DNA of 62,493 bases, the filler included, from Choristocarpus tenellus KU-1152 (Eukaryota > Protista > Phaeophyceae): assembly GCA_964200185.2 (NCBI GenBank). It is 12 parts of 12 records of this genome, joined end to end, with 100 filler letters (N's around TTAATTAATTAA, not from the genome) between each part and the next. Parts side by side here need not be neighbours in the genome. Positions count along the whole stretch, not along the records: positions 11,687 to 15,584 come from CAXNAD020017274.1; positions 15,685 to 21,173 come from CAXNAD020010628.1; positions 21,274 to 26,516 come from CAXNAD020011376.1; 9 more parts are not named here. One strand, written 5' to 3'. Position numbers and translations under genes: made by a program. The first letter of the stretch is position 1, and each line of letters begins with the position of its first letter. Positions 11,783-25,749 of the stretch are shown here, one piece after another. The notes beneath the pieces were generated by a model. It made no database searches. It saw only the letters and a program-made list of their open reading frames with translations, and was not told where the DNA came from.

Positions 11783-14098
11783 GAATGTACACGCATGAAT
11801 GCTCTTCTGTCCGAGATTCGACGGTCGTTGGTGGAGTTGGACAAGGGCCTGAAGGGTCAACTAAACATGTCACAGAGTATGGAAGATCTAGCGACCGCCT
11901 TTGGTATCAACGAGTGGCCTGGGAGAAACCCGTTTGCACAGGTGAATTCTATCTTCACAAAATGCCTCTGAAATTAATGTCCTCATCCTCAAGATTGTGT
12001 GCAAATATAAAGAATCGATTTGTCATGGAATCATTTTGTTTATGGATTATTCACACATATTCTGCATTCCAGTTGCAACCCATGGTTCAAAATGAATTAA
12101 TTAAGCAGTGGTCCAAATCTGTAGCCGATAGTGTGATACTCTTGGAGAAAGAGACTTGTTCATATTGTGAAAGATAAGAGCTCACAATCAGTGTTCGCTC
12201 GGCTTCCAACCCATCAATTGCACAAGGTCTGGCATTCCAAGGTCTCTATATAACTCAATTGAAACAGTTGGTACGCTCTAGTGGTGTTTTTCATTTATTT
12301 CCCCAGGTTTAATCCTCCTATGATACTACAAGAAGTGGGCGTCTTAAAATCCTAGTATGTCTTCACTTGCTTGACTCCAAACCTCGAACCCAAAGTGTGC
12401 CTGGGAGAAGCTCGCCTGGCCTTCCAAGAAAAACTTGCTGAGCGAATTCATGGATATGCTGCGGCGTATTGACCAGCTGGCTGTATGGGTAGAAGATCTG
12501 GTGACACCTAAGTGTGTTTGGCTTCCTGGGTTGTTCAATCCAACAGCTTACCTCACAGCTGTTATGCAGGCAAGATTAAATACTGTGCACAAACGGGATC
12601 TGGTTATTCAGATTATGAAACATAGGCTCTGCAATTTGCTCAGGAACTCAAGCTAGGAGTAAGGAGACCATTTCTAGTTTGGACACTCCCCACTTTTATT
12701 TTACACTCACTCCCTTGTACGTATTGTAAATGAACTGCCTTGCCCTGATTTGTGAAACTATTCAGCGAAGGATCTACTCCACAAAAATATGCTTGACAGG
12801 GTATATTTTCTATAGCTGACTTCTTAGAACTTTGAAGTACACAGCGTTGCCTGACTCTATTGATACCAATGTCTTAGCAATAGTGGCCTGTCACAATGTG
12901 TCAGAGTGAAAGGTGTGTCTACTTTACAGGCAATTTTCCCAGGAATCGGTTGGGCATTCAGAACAAGAATACAGTTGCCCAAAAAATAGACAAGTGTTTT
13001 GGCCTTTAATAGGATGTCTTTCCTTGCTCATAAACTCGTCATAGGAGTAGAATTATAAGCTCCAGTACTCAAGGGTGTACTCCCCTGCTAACTTGCACAT
13101 AACCAGCACAAGAATTTCTCACTCATCGGTATTGTGGATGTGATGTGTTGCTGGAGTAATTCCTGGTTAGGAGATTCACACCAAGTCTTAACTCTCTCCA
13201 GGTCACTGCACGAAGTACTGGGTCGCCTCTGGACAAAATGACAACAGAAACACATATCTCAACATTTATGGAGATGGCAGAGATTGACTTTTACCCACAG
13301 GATGGGGCCTTTGTCTACGGACTTTACATTGAGGGAGCGCGGTAAGATGCTCTGGAAATATATAGAGTAAATATATAGAGGTTGACTACAGCATAGTTTG
13401 TCACTGAAAAATGGATATGCCTGAACCAAATCATTTGTCTTACGCATCAATCATGCTAAAGTCGGCATGTTTAAAATCCACTGGGAGCCTGAATCTATCT
13501 CGAGCACCTTCTCACAAGGGCCAACAAATGAATTGACTCATTCTATGTATCCATATTTCCAATTGAACGCCTATCAGATGGGCAACAGGTGATGAAGCAG
13601 GTGACACAGAGACAGTGACAGGGACCCCCTGCGCTGGAAATCTCATTGATAGCCGACTAAAAGAGCTCCTCCCTGCCCTGCCGGTGATATATGTAAAGGC
13701 TGTCCCTGTTCAGGTACTGTCGAGTATTCTTTCCTACTACTATGGCACCCAATATGATACCTCATCCTGGCCCGACAGGGCAATTCTTGCTGTGATGCCT
13801 CATCAATGTATTTCTGACAGCATCGCTGGTCCAAAGATAGGGTGGATCATCATCTGGTCCCATAAAGCTTCCTTTTCTCTAATCACCTGGCCCAATCCAA
13901 CCCATTCTTGCACAGCACACATGGGAGCCATCAGCTGTGGGTTACCTGAGGCATGATCCCAACATATATGAGGCACCAGTGTACATCACAAGTCAGCGTG
14001 GACCAACATATGTCTTCCTTGCCACTCTTAAGACTGAAGATCCTGTAAGCAAGTGGGTCCTTACTGGAACAGCAGTCCTCATGCAAACAGATAATTGA
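11783..14098 (+). CDS. Axonemal dynein heavy chain, outer-arm beta-like (DNAH9/11/17 type), 3'-terminal five exons: 11783-11941, 12396-12569, 13202-13341, 13578-13713, 13916-14098
   Basis: The spliced frame is open and phase-consistent: ECTRMNALLSEIRRSLVELDKGLKGQLNMS..; WEKLAWPSKK..VWLPGLFNPTAYLTAVMQ|VTAR..PLDKM..DGAFVYGLYIEGAR|W..SRLKELLPALPVIYVKAV..YEAPVYITSQRGPTYVFLATLKT..KWVLTGTAVLMQTDN-TGA. These are hallmark dynein C-terminal domain motifs. Confidence 0.95.
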
Positions 14099-17000
14099 AC
14101 ATGATGTGGAAACGTCATTTTTGTATTGAGTCACACACGGGAATAATAAACAATAGAGAAAAAAAGTGAATATATCAGTATAAACTTATCGTCAAGTCTG
14201 CAGCAATTCTATAAAAAAGTTGTAACTATCAACCTGCAGGCTCTTGGTTTCAGAATATAGACGGCAACTCTGTAGTGGCTTTTGGGGGGAAGCATTCTCA
14301 ACACTTTCCTCATTACTTTAGGAAGAGGGGAGGGACTAGACAATGTACAACCCCTTGCCACTAAATAGGACATGGTGGATGTTCCTGGTCAGCTGCTGGG
14401 TACAGTTGTTTTTGCGTGTGTTCTTAAACATGCGGTTTACAAAGACTGCCCCAAAAAATCTAGCAATGTGTGGACTTCGATTGGCAAGCCAAAACGGGGC
14501 AACTTGAAAGCCCTGACCAGTGGGGCTGGTATCTTGCACACAGCTCCTGAGTCGACCTTGGTTGGCAGTGGTAAGCAGCCTCATACCATTAACAACAGTA
14601 AAGTAGATACAAGGTCCTTGGTGCAATACATGATGGCAGCTATCCTCCCAAAGAGTGGCACTTCAATTCCCCCTTCCATCCAACAAAAATGCCCAAGTTG
14701 CACCAATGCTTGCCACTGTGAGCACGTAAGTAACCTGCCCTCTTTGTACTGACCTCCAGAGGGATACGACCTACAAAATACTGTTACTTTGGCTCACAAT
14801 TGTAAAGGCTATACATTGCTGGCAACATACTGTCCAGGAAATTGATTGCGTGGGAGGATATCTCTTCAGTATGGTTCAAAGGTTCACTCTTGTCCAGTGT
14901 TGTCCAGGTTGGGACTGTGAAAAACAAATATCATGGTAGCAAACGGCCGTAGCGAGTACATGCTGACAAGGGAGGAACGTGCCCAACAGAGGGAGATGCG
15001 ATGTGGTGGTGATTGATTTGCGACAAAGGAGAGAGACCATGCCACAGAAGCACATAATATGATAGGAATCATGGCATGGGGGGAACATTTGAACACAACG
15101 CTCACCAAGAACTAAAACACAACGATGTACAGGCAGAAAGCTGTCGATCCACAACCGCCATCGTTCTGATAGTATTTCGTCCCCATCTCTCACACCTCGG
15201 TGATTTCCTCGCAAAACGGTGAGGAAATGACACCAAAATGGTCCCACACAACAAAGGCTAAGAAAGAGACACTGTGCTGGGTAACGTGTTAGAATTAGGG
15301 TTAAATTTGTTCACAGGCTATCCCAGATGACGGGCACTCTCAAAGTATTTTGAACAAGCAGCCTTCCCTGTTCTCGATCGACCTTGCCAAAATGTTCTCC
15401 AGTTTCGAGTCACGATGTTGGAAGTGCACCTCCTCGTGCAAGGTGTGAAGACTCTGCGTCAACGTCAAATGGAAAAACGATGCACTGCGTGAGGCAAGGT
15501 TGGGGGGGGGGGGGGGAAGGGAGGGTAATTACGGGGGGGGGATTTTCCGGGCGAAGGGGGGGGGGGGTCGGGAAGGGGGGGGAANNNNNNNNNNNNNNNN
15601 NNNNNNNNNNNNNNNNNNNNNNNNNNNNTTAATTAATTAANNNNNNNNNNNNNNNNNNNNNNNNNNNNNNNNNNNNNNNNNNNNGCGCCTGTAACATATG
15701 CTGGTTCACTATTTTTTCAAATCTCGACAAGGACTGCCATGTCTCCATACACCTCTTCGTCCACATCCTCCTCTTGCTCATCACCACCTTTCTTGTACAT
15801 CCCCCTCAGTCTCCAACACTTGGGGGATCTAATCCTCACAGTCCCAGGGAGGGGGATCAATGAGGTTCTGCTTCCTCAGCTCGGTCGTGTTGACATTCAA
15901 CTTCTTCCAAGCACATTTGGAAGCCTTACTCAAGGCTAGGGACCGGTCTTTATCCTTTGTCCTCTTTCGTGCTTCGGCCTGTTGCCCCAAGTTGTTTCCG
16001 ACCTTGCGCTCCCCCATGATCGAACCTATTGCCAAGTCCCCAGAGCACCAATTGTGATACGCATATGCAGGATCGCTCGTATCTCGTGAACGACTTGAAT
16101 TACTGTGTGATATTTGAATCCGAGACCGTCGGGTCATGCACACTCCCCAGTTACCCATAGAAGAAAATCCGTTGCTTCATTGGATGTCATCAGGTCGAGT
16201 TTATTCCGAATCTGATTGGTCAATCCCTAAACCTACCCCTCGACATGTAGGCGCCTACCGACGAAAAGGACCTCTGTAGAATACGAGGATCCTGATCTTT
16301 CCAATGCACCTCTCAGCATCAACAAATCGTGATGGTGGGGTTGCCCTTCGCCATCATTCAATGCCCTAAACCCTTAAAACTCTTAACTCTAGGCCGCTAC
16401 TCCCCACGCTGAAGAATCTGTTATATTTATTTATTGTTGTTTGTCTCATAGTAGTGTGGGGACTATTATCCAGACCCTTCGTCAAAGATACTGCACTAAC
16501 ATGTACTACTTCTTCAACCACCAATAGATTGTTTGGTGATATAGATTTCAGTAGTAGTGGTAGGGACTAATTTTTGTGGAATTGGTACGAGAGTGGGGTC
16601 GAGCGTTGTTATGGTTTAACAACACACAGGATATTACAGACAGGTTTACAATCCGTTGTATATTTTACCACGTGACATAGGATCACTTCAAGTTACAGAC
16701 ACCAGACAAGTAGGTGGGGAAGAAGGGGTACGTCAGATTCTTTGGAGGATTCTTTGGCTCCCCGCCCACCTTCGTATGGTCAAGTTAGGGTAGAAGCATA
16801 GGAGTGCACAGATTAGTACTTCGTAGCGACCAAGCTTTAAGGGGTTATTCTCGTATAGTCATTTTTCAAATAGTCGATACTTTCTTAGCAAGGTAGGTGT
16901 CGTCTGCATTGTTGATGACAAGTAGTGGTCCGTTTACAACAATATGAGCTCTTGTGACAGCTTTTTTTTCCCCAGACATATACATGTACCTATCTCCAAA

Positions 17001-17346
17001 TGCGAGAGACATTGTATAATATTGGATCCATAATCGAAACATGACGATTACCTGCCATGAAAAGAAGTCTAGTGTTGAAGGGGTTCAAATCCTTGGTATG
17101 AACACTGGTAGCTCCCACCTTAAGCACTGAGTCATACAGGGTCGTCATGAGATTGAGATTGTAGCATCCCTGGTTTTACAACCAACCCTAAATCTGATGG
17201 CTCACCTTCCACCTGGAACTGTGCAACCGTTAGATGGGAGTAAGTACCCTGGGCAGATGAAAATTGCACCACCTACCTACCTACCCACCCGTGGGGCGCC
17301 AGCATCCTCATTTTCCCAGTACATCACACACAGCATCGCCAGACTT

Positions 17347-18010
17347 TACTACGGAGGAGGTAAAATGGGTACGCATGTACCGACGTTTAGAGGGGAACCC
17401 AACTCGTATTATTTATTCAAACCCTAATCCTAATAATCCTAAATAATCAAAAAGAAAAATTCAAAGATATTACCAACTATGACACAGACACCTACATACC
17501 CTGTAAACCTAACTGCCTTAGATAGTGATTTAGGGTAGACCGAAGTGTGAAGTGTGGCATATAATATAAAAAATGAGATTTTGCCTCTCAAAAAATGACC
17601 AGTCTCACCTTTCCAATAAATCACAGGTGGACGTCACTACGGAGGAGGTTAAATCGGTATGCATGTACCAACGCTTACACAAAATCCAACTCGTATTATT
17701 TATTCAAACCCTAATCCTAATCCTATATAATTAAGGTCTTACAGTATTCTTATGTTTAGGACATTTTATATACACATATGTATATAGTTTTCATTGGTTC
17801 CCCCTGAAACATCTGCAAAATGTCAGAGGGCATAATAATAAAACAATTAAGGACAATCAATCAACTATATAAAATAAATCAACTATGAGATGGAGACCTA
17901 CCTGTATACCCTGTAAACAAACTGCATTTGTTAGTGATTAACAATAGACCGAAGCGTGAAATGTGGCATAGAATAGAGAAAATGAGATCTTGCCTCTCAA
18001 CAAATGAACT
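17347..18010. repeat. Diverged tandem duplication (~290-bp unit) carrying telomere-like AAACCCTAATCCTAA; second copy has an insert
   Basis: actacggaggaggt..aactcgtattatttattcaaaccctaatcctaat occurs at ~17348 and ~17636; aactatga..ataccctgtaaac..tgcctctcaa at ~17475 and ~17881. The insert at ~17780-17840 matches the reverse complement of 45988-46054. Confidence 0.8.
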
Positions 18011-18300
18011 GTAGCCCGAATAAGAATCGATTTTCCTCTGTATAACTGGTATCACGTGGGGAATGTTAATGGAAGAAAAACATTCATTACATGATAAATT
18101 CGAATCTGATGCACTCAATAAATCTGAGGTGGGACGATTTGGAGAATAACGGGGGATTTCGCCAACGAAGTACAGTATATTCACTTTTTTGATTGGTAAA
18201 TGACGAGAAGGAAAAACACTACCACTATAGAATTGTATGCGTCAGGTGACAAACAGACCTGCCGTTTCCTTTCGCCGAACCTTTTGGTTATTGGAAAGTA

Positions 18301-18585
18301 GAGTAAGAGTATCTTAGAGGGTACGAGTTTTGCCCTGTTTGTCCGTTTGGGGCTTGGCTTCCCACCGTTTTTTAAAGACATTTTCCTATTCCGAAATGTT
18401 GCGGAATTGGTAAAATGTATACGTTTTTGGAGTAGGTTTCATGTATGAAACTATGAAAAGGCGTGTTCGGAACAAGGATATTGACACTTCCTCACAAACA
18501 CGATAGCCAAAATTATATCAAAATCGCAACATTGGATTTTGGCCCCCATATGAACGCGGTCTTACCCTCTAAGCTACTTTCACTC
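18301..18585 (+). mobile_element. MITE family B, full copy, TSD AGTA
   Basis: TIR gagtaagagtatcttagagggta / taccctctaagctactttcactc, flanked by agta on both sides. Confidence 0.9.
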
Positions 18586-19436
18586 AGTACCCAATTCAGA
18601 AGGCTTGGGCTAAACGTGAAAATGTTTTGGGGGACACTTCCCAGAATTTGTGTTCGACATATTTCTTGCGGGAATTGGGGTATGATGGGGCATCTTTTTT
18701 ACCATCTTTTTAAAAAATCAAACAATTCGAACTACACATCGTCGTTGGACGTACGATGAACATCCCCATGCAACACAAAACAATAGTTGTGTATACTACA
18801 TTTTCTGTAAAAACTGTTTGGATATTGCTACTTTGATTTACTGTAGAGGGCACATGCAAGACACTATGCGAGACGAGCCTCTCTTCTACTTCAAATTGTG
18901 TTGACAAAACATTATGTTAAATATAGTGAAATTGCAAGTAGTCTCCTTGTTCGGGACATACATTAAGTTGTGTTTTGCATAGTTTTTCACTGATCACGGA
19001 GTTACTTTCCCCTCCAATGTTGCCCATATACGTGGCTGAAGTGGAACATAAAAACACTTGTTTTCAAGCAATCCATCCCCGCTCTCTGAGTTGATTCGCA
19101 AAATACTTGTAACGCAGTGCACAGTGCATACCACACAGAATCCTTCTCCACAAAAGCCATACGATTCCATTGTGTATATGCCGAATCTGCCTCCTTGTGA
19201 GCACCTGCCTTTCTTGAGGTAGCCATCTTAAAATAATGTTTTCCACCTATGGCTGCAATTCGAGCGGTGATGACACACCCTCTCCATGCATGTTCAAGGT
19301 TGAAATACCACAGTCAGGTATCAAACATCGGATCAATGACAATGATAGTAAATACTATGCGAAAAAACAAAAAAGACAAAAGACACAAGTACAGTGGCAT
19401 CAAGCAACATCCAACCAAGAGTTCAACACGAATTTT

Positions 19437-19614
19437 GGCTCAAAGTATCTCGGTGGGGGGGGTGACGGTTGTCCATTTGGGGTCAATTTTTTCTTGTCGC
19501 GATTTTTGTGTGATTTGGTTGCATACGTCGGATGGAAAATCTAAGTGCACTTTTCCTGGCTATAACCCAAATGGACACCCTGGTGTAGACCCCCCCCCCC
19601 CTCGGACACTTTGC
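19437..19614 (+). mobile_element. MITE family A, near-full copy
   Basis: ggctcaaagtatct..gtccatttgggg..ccaaatggacaccctggtgtagac-polyC; right tip degraded. Confidence 0.85.
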
Positions 19615-21527
19615 AGATGTGTCAGGGAAAGAGTGGAGTAAAATATATTAAGAACGACTGTGGTTGGATGGTGTCAATTCTGGGTCATTTCAAAGGGGGG
19701 TCCTGCCAACTGGTTATTATGTGCCATCTCTAAACACCGATCACATAATAAGTACAGCTCTTGTGTGCACAAATCTCTAAAACATGCATGTTCAGCTCCA
19801 CCGATCTTGAAGGAACGTTTTTCTACAGCAATACATTCACAAAAGGGATAACTTCAACCACACATTAAATATGATCATACCACGTATCCAAGAGGATCTA
19901 GAAAAGAACTGACTACATTAGGGGCAGTAGGTTGGATATTTGATATGCATGTCATAATTCCATGGCGCTTTCTGTAACAACTTGAGTTGATGGTGAATGG
20001 AAATTTAAGAATGTGATCGTATGATGCCTTGCGGTATTTCTGAGCAAATGAGTGATAGAAACAGGTTTGCTAAATAAAAAAGCAAGATGCCACTTTCAAT
20101 GAAGACAGGTACCCCCCACCACAACATCCACTTGAAAACGTCAGTGGGCACAATAATAGTAACACAGGTACAGTGACTCTAGGGATTTTCTCATCAACGA
20201 AGGTTGATGATGAAGTGTTACTCATATACTCTTGAGAAAATACAACACACTATCAACAAATACGGGACAAAAAAACATGAAATGAACATTGGAGGGAAAG
20301 TCAAGACATGTTCAGCACCCTTAGCAGCGTATTTAATAACCTGCATACTGGCATAATCAAAAGGCACCAACATTAGTTCACAGCGCTTTACGCAAAGATA
20401 GACAAGAGGAAATCTATGTCCATACGGTGGGGTCAGTTGTGATGCCGGTGCAGCACTGTGGCTGTACAAACGCACGAATGTGACACAATTTAGATCAGCG
20501 TTGAAGCCTCCTTGCATCCCTCAGGACGAGGGTGTACTGATTAAGAACAATGTCATCTCTGTTGCAGGCATGAACCGAAGAAGAAAAGGCGTGATATAAA
20601 ATCTCGTCAAGAATGGCGTGAAAGTCTCTGAATCGATAGTGTGCTCTAGATGGAAAACAAGTAAGTGTGGAGCAAACGAATCAAATTTGTGAGCACTGTT
20701 ATATGATTGCCCACATCACGTGGCAGGTCCCTTGGAAGCTATGCACACTGGAGGTGTCATCCCACAGCCAAATACAGGAAAGTCAATACCAACCAGAAAT
20801 CTGAGGGATCACAACCAAAGCTCATCATGAATGAGGCTCCTGTTCAAAGCCAATACTCGTCTGGTGCAAAGTTGCAAAAGAGCACAACCTACAAGACAAA
20901 ATATACTACTAATAATGCCATAATGAAAGGAGGGGAATCTGTAATAGATATAATCAGAACCCCTCATCCCCACCGTACTTGCCCCCCCTCCCTCGAACCT
21001 AATCAACTAGTTCATGTACTGCTCTACATGAAGGTAACACAAGGAGGGGCGAAACTAGGACAAAGAAGTTCACATAGCACAGCATATACATCAACACATC
21101 GTAAAAAGAATGAACCATAGACAACAAAGTGTGTATGCATTGCGGTGGGGGAGGGAGGATTGGGGGAGAAGGGNNNNNNNNNNNNNNNNNNNNNNNNNNN
21201 NNNNNNNNNNNNNNNNNTTAATTAATTAANNNNNNNNNNNNNNNNNNNNNNNNNNNNNNNNNNNNNNNNNNNNTTGGTTATGGACCAAATTGACACCCTG
21301 GTGCAGACCCCCCCACCCACCCCCCCAGATACATTGTTACAGCACGCTCCAGAACTCACCTTCCATAGGATGTGCAAATCAAATCCAACGACCTTTAATC
21401 AATGCTATGGGGGCGTTGCCCTTGATAACAGTTTCTTGGGTGTCAAACAGTCTTCTCTCGATACTTCACTCAGTACGTAGCTTAAAGCTTGACTTCATCT
21501 TTCATTCAAGATCAAAGACTGTTTTAA

Positions 21528-21800
21528 AAGGGGTAATGGGTGCTGACCAAAAGCCTTTTTTTAATTTTCACCATCCACCCGATTTTCTTAGTTTACAAGC
21601 TAAAAGACATCTGCAAACTGCTGTATACATACTGCAATCATAAACTTTTTTTTGCAACTTCTAGGAATTTTGAAGCTTCTTCTGTAAGGTTACGTATGCA
21701 TCACGAATCTTACTCTGCATCTTCTAAGAAATCAGCATTTATTCTGTAAGGCTACCTATGTGCTACTAATCTCGTACTGCTCATGCTATTCGCCTGTAAC
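21528..21800 (+). repeat. Repeat family E, copy 1 (inverted relative to 25750-26160)
   Basis: tctgtaaggctacctatgtgctactaat, cttactctgcatct and gctattcgcctgtaac recur reverse-complemented at 25750-26130. Confidence 0.8.
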
Positions 21801-23205
21801 AACTTTAATTCTTGACTAGGGACAAACGAGTATATTTTTGTATTCCACATGAAAGTACGCATTAAACTTTGTTGGGACGTTTGAAACGGTTATGGGGTGT
21901 TCCACACTGTGCAAAATACAATATGAAGTACAGCAATATGTGACCGAAAGCATTCGGGATCATGATTCATATCTTGGCGGGATATTTATAGAGAATCAAT
22001 GGTGGGTTTTGATGTCCACATGTTCGAGACGTTTTTCTCCGTATTGATGGAGTTTTGAGAAGGGTTGTAAGTGTTCAGGATTAGAAATCCCTCCTGGAAG
22101 CAACAGGTGGTAAGCCAAGCCCCACCATCTATTATAATGTCATTCTTCTCTTTCAACAGTGTGAGAGATCACATTCGCCTAAGGGGAATCGGGTGAGGCT
22201 TCCGTCCCTCCTCTCTTTTTCCATACTCACAAAAATAACAATCTAATTTGCACATTCCATACGCCACGGCACTCCTCCAGCTCCTTTTTGCAAGTTTGGA
22301 TGGTGAAGCACCTCTCTCCCCACAGATGTGGCACGAGTTGTTTCTCTGCACCCCTCTTTCGAACATCTGTATTTTTTTGCTCACACTCTGTCCGTTTTCC
22401 ACTCTTAATTACCAAGACGGCACACCTTGTGTGATTTTTGTCACTCCCTAAGTGGGGTTGAAGTTTTAAAAATATTTCCATAAAATGATTGCATGGAAGA
22501 CCTTCCCCTCTTAGTGGACTCAGTAACAATCACCACTACCGTTCTTCCCCTCAACCATAAAACAGCAACCTGATAATTACGAGTAGGCCTCTCTGACGGT
22601 ATCCACATGATCACCCACAACTATATGAGGACTCATCTTCCGACAAAGAGACCAAACTCTCCATTGTCGTTGATCCCCCTTTCCTAACTACTCATGGACC
22701 CTTCACTACCCACCTCCATCATTCAGTCCCAAAACGAAAAATAGTGACCCCAACTGCTAACTTTCTAACTGTATAGTGCAGTTAGCTGGTCACTCTCTAT
22801 CGTCTGCTTGTTGCGATGGTGATGGTGTAACTGTGTGCAGTGAGTGTGCAACCATCTACAACCACAAACCCCACAATATATCAAACAAAATATCAGGTAA
22901 TATAATGTATATATGCACCAAATTTTTTTTTATCATAGACTGTCAGTATACATTATCTACCCTGATGCGCTACTAATATACACAAATTGTGGAAGTGTCA
23001 AGACTCAAAAGCTCTCTGCCAAACGGGGCAATCACAATTACCAGACTAAACTCTTTCACCACAGAGGATGAGACCGAGTTTCACAGGTCTTGGCCCAGTA
23101 TCCCAACTTAAGTTGAGGACATATCAAGAACAGAACCGAAACCTTAGTGCACGACAGATTCACAAAATGACTGAGCAACGTCACAACAGGAAAATGGATC
23201 AGTCA

Positions 23206-23456
23206 GAGTTAAAGTATCTTAGAGGGTAGAAGTTTTTACCCTGTTTGTCCGTTTGGGGCTTGGCTTCCCACAGTTATTTTTATGATATTCCTACTCCGCA
23301 ATATTTCAGATAGGTAAAAAATGTATACATATGAATGTGTTCAGAACAAGGATAGACACTTCCTAACAAACACGACAGCCAAAGTTACATCAAAATCGCA
23401 ACATTGAGTTTTGACCCCTAATCAGAGCGAATCTACCCCCTAAGATACTTTGACTC
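23206..23456 (+). mobile_element. MITE family B, full copy
   Basis: gagttaaagtatcttagagggta...taccccctaagatactttgactc; flanks gtca/tcaa. Confidence 0.9.
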
Positions 23457-23664
23457 TCAAAATCGGAATGGATTTTCGTTCTGTCCCTCTGACTGTTTGG
23501 TCGAATCCCTAGCTTGTGAGTGTGCCTGGCTTTGTGAACTGGTCAATATGGGCAAGTTTGTCGGATACATAGCAGAAGTATACACATCATATTGTAATGA
23601 CGAACTTTTATGGGAGTGGTACGGTATAGCTGGTAGTTAAATAGCAAATAAATTCTGGAGAGGT

Positions 23665-23909
23665 GAGTGAAAGTACCTAAGTGGGTACGAGTTTTGCCCT
23701 GTTTATTCATTTGGAGCTTGGTTTCCCATGGATTCCATCGTGACATTTCCCTCCTCCAAAATATTTAGGAGTAGGTAAAGTGTATATGTTATGAAAAGGT
23801 GGTGCGGAACATGGATATTGACACTTCCTCACAAACACGATAGCCAAAATTATATCAAAATCGCAACATTGAATTTTGACCCTCAAACGGACGCGGCCCT
23901 ACCCTTTAA
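23665..23909 (+). mobile_element. MITE family B, right tip missing
   Basis: gagtgaaagtacc..gttttgccctgttt..acacttcctcacaaacacgatagccaaaatt..acgcggccctaccct. Confidence 0.85.
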
Positions 23910-24903
23910 CTTGAAGAGGATGGGTGCAGGAAGAACAGACCTTTCCTCCTTTTTGAAGGCCTTGCCCAACATCAAACCAACCTGTGCACTCACTCTCCTT
24001 CACATGTGAGATGCATGTCAGCAATCCATCACCGAATTGAAATTGACGAATAACTGAAGTAACCCTTCTCAGACACCCCAGACCTGGCAAGTAGAGTCTA
24101 CAAGAGATCGCGGTGTGCTTTTCCTAGTCTGTTAAAACAGACTAACAGAGATACTATGGAATCATACTTTTCTACCAAGCTTCTGGAGGCGTACTGTGTG
24201 CATCAGACCACGGTGGAGCGTCAGAGTTGGAAACCACATTGTTCCTCACGGAGTACGCTCTCCCGTTCCATGCAAGGTTCCAGTCATCATGCAGCAGCCT
24301 CGAGCAGCTCCTTGCCAGCTTGTCCCCCATCATTAATATGCCCTTGTATCCACCACAATCTGGTCTATCTTTTCACTTCTGCAACACATATACCTGTTAC
24401 AGGAGATTGCATTTGTGACCTTATGGACACCTTGAAGGGGACGTGGATAAATTAATCACATTTGTGATTAGAGGTATTGGAACTAACAGCCGATTTCAAA
24501 AATTGAGGATGATCAATACAAAAAAAAACATATCGACACTTTATCCCAGTCAATTTTGGGTATAGACCTTCTTCAATTTGAAGCTGTGTTTTAGGCCATG
24601 TCAGAGATATATACTTTGTAAATTTTGAAGGTGTGTTTCAGAAAGAGCAAATGTATACTCAGACTAGGTCAGGAGCAATCTGACTCTAATAGTATTCAGT
24701 GAACCTTGGGAAAATTTTCCGAGGTTAAGCAAGGATATTTGTTGACCTGTATGGGACTAGTTGGAATTTTTTTTAAATAAAAGTATATACTCTTATCTGA
24801 TCTGAAATATATTGATCTTGACTGTGCCTTACGACTTTTGAGGATCTGTTCTCGAAGGAAACGAGGGGATTGTTGATCATTTTTGGAATCCATGGGTTAA
24901 TTT

Positions 24904-25001
24904 GGAACTGGAGTCCCTATGTTGGGAAAAACTGACAGAGTCGGAACTGGAGTCCCTATGTTGGAAAAAAATGGCAGAGTCGGAACTGAAGCCCCTATGT
25001 T
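24904..25001. repeat. 39-bp minisatellite, ~2.5 units
   Basis: ggaactggagtccctatgttgg(g/a)aaaaa(c/a)tg(a/g)cagagtc repeated head to tail with no unique spacers. Confidence 0.9.
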
Positions 25002-25478
25002 ACCAAAGGGCAATTATGCATGCCACCGCAGCATAACCTAAGGTGATTGCCTGTGGTAAGCATGAAAGAGGTAGTCCCTGCATGGAACATAGGATAGCAG
25101 AAGTTGGAACCATGAAGTAACCCACATCAGAACAGATAGCAATTTATGTAAGATGTTTTGATTTATTTTTTTATTGTCATTTTGTGTTTTTGAATATATT
25201 TGTTTCTGTGTACATCAGGTACCTGATCCCCCTTATTCCATGGATTTTTTTCCCCCTTTTATTTTATTCTTGGTTTTTCTTTTTTCTTCTTTTTCGATTT
25301 TTTAATTCATCCCTTGCTTAACTTTTTTTTCTCTCCTCTTTATCCGAACAGGTACCTGATCCCCTTAATTCCTTTTGTTCTATCTTCATTTTTTTCTCTT
25401 TTTTTAATCGCTGATGTTGATGTTATTGCCTGTTTTACGCACTAGCAGCCGCCAGTATGCTTCGTGCTTGGGGGGCAA

Positions 25479-25610
25479 GAGACAAGCAATAATCAGATGA
25501 TACTTGGCACCTTAGGGTAAATGTACTTTAAAAAGAGTAGATATATATTCTGATTACCTTAGGTGCAGACAGATTTCTCCAATTAGATAAGGATACATGT
25601 TTTGGACATG
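25479..25610. repeat. Dispersed repeat family F (second copy 46276-46410)
   Basis: gagacaag(g)caataatcagat.atactt.gcaccttaggg..agatttctcca..aaggata...gttttggacatg is shared between two contigs. Confidence 0.8.
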
Positions 25611-25749
25611 TTGGGAGTTAGCTTTTAAAAAATTTATTTCTCCTTGCCACAGGACGATCTGAGGTGATTGAAGATATATATTACCTTCACCGGTGACAAT
25701 TGCCTGTGGTAAGTGTGAAACATGTATTGCTATTTCACGCTGGGGGGCA

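Noticed and set aside
16205-16265. piggyBac-like YMSRGRF on the minus strand
   Set aside because: A single short motif amid stops; no other transposase motifs or TTAA-flanked TIRs seen.
24904-25001. CRISPR-like repeat
   Set aside because: Units are contiguous and near-identical with no unique spacers; no cas genes; eukaryotic context.
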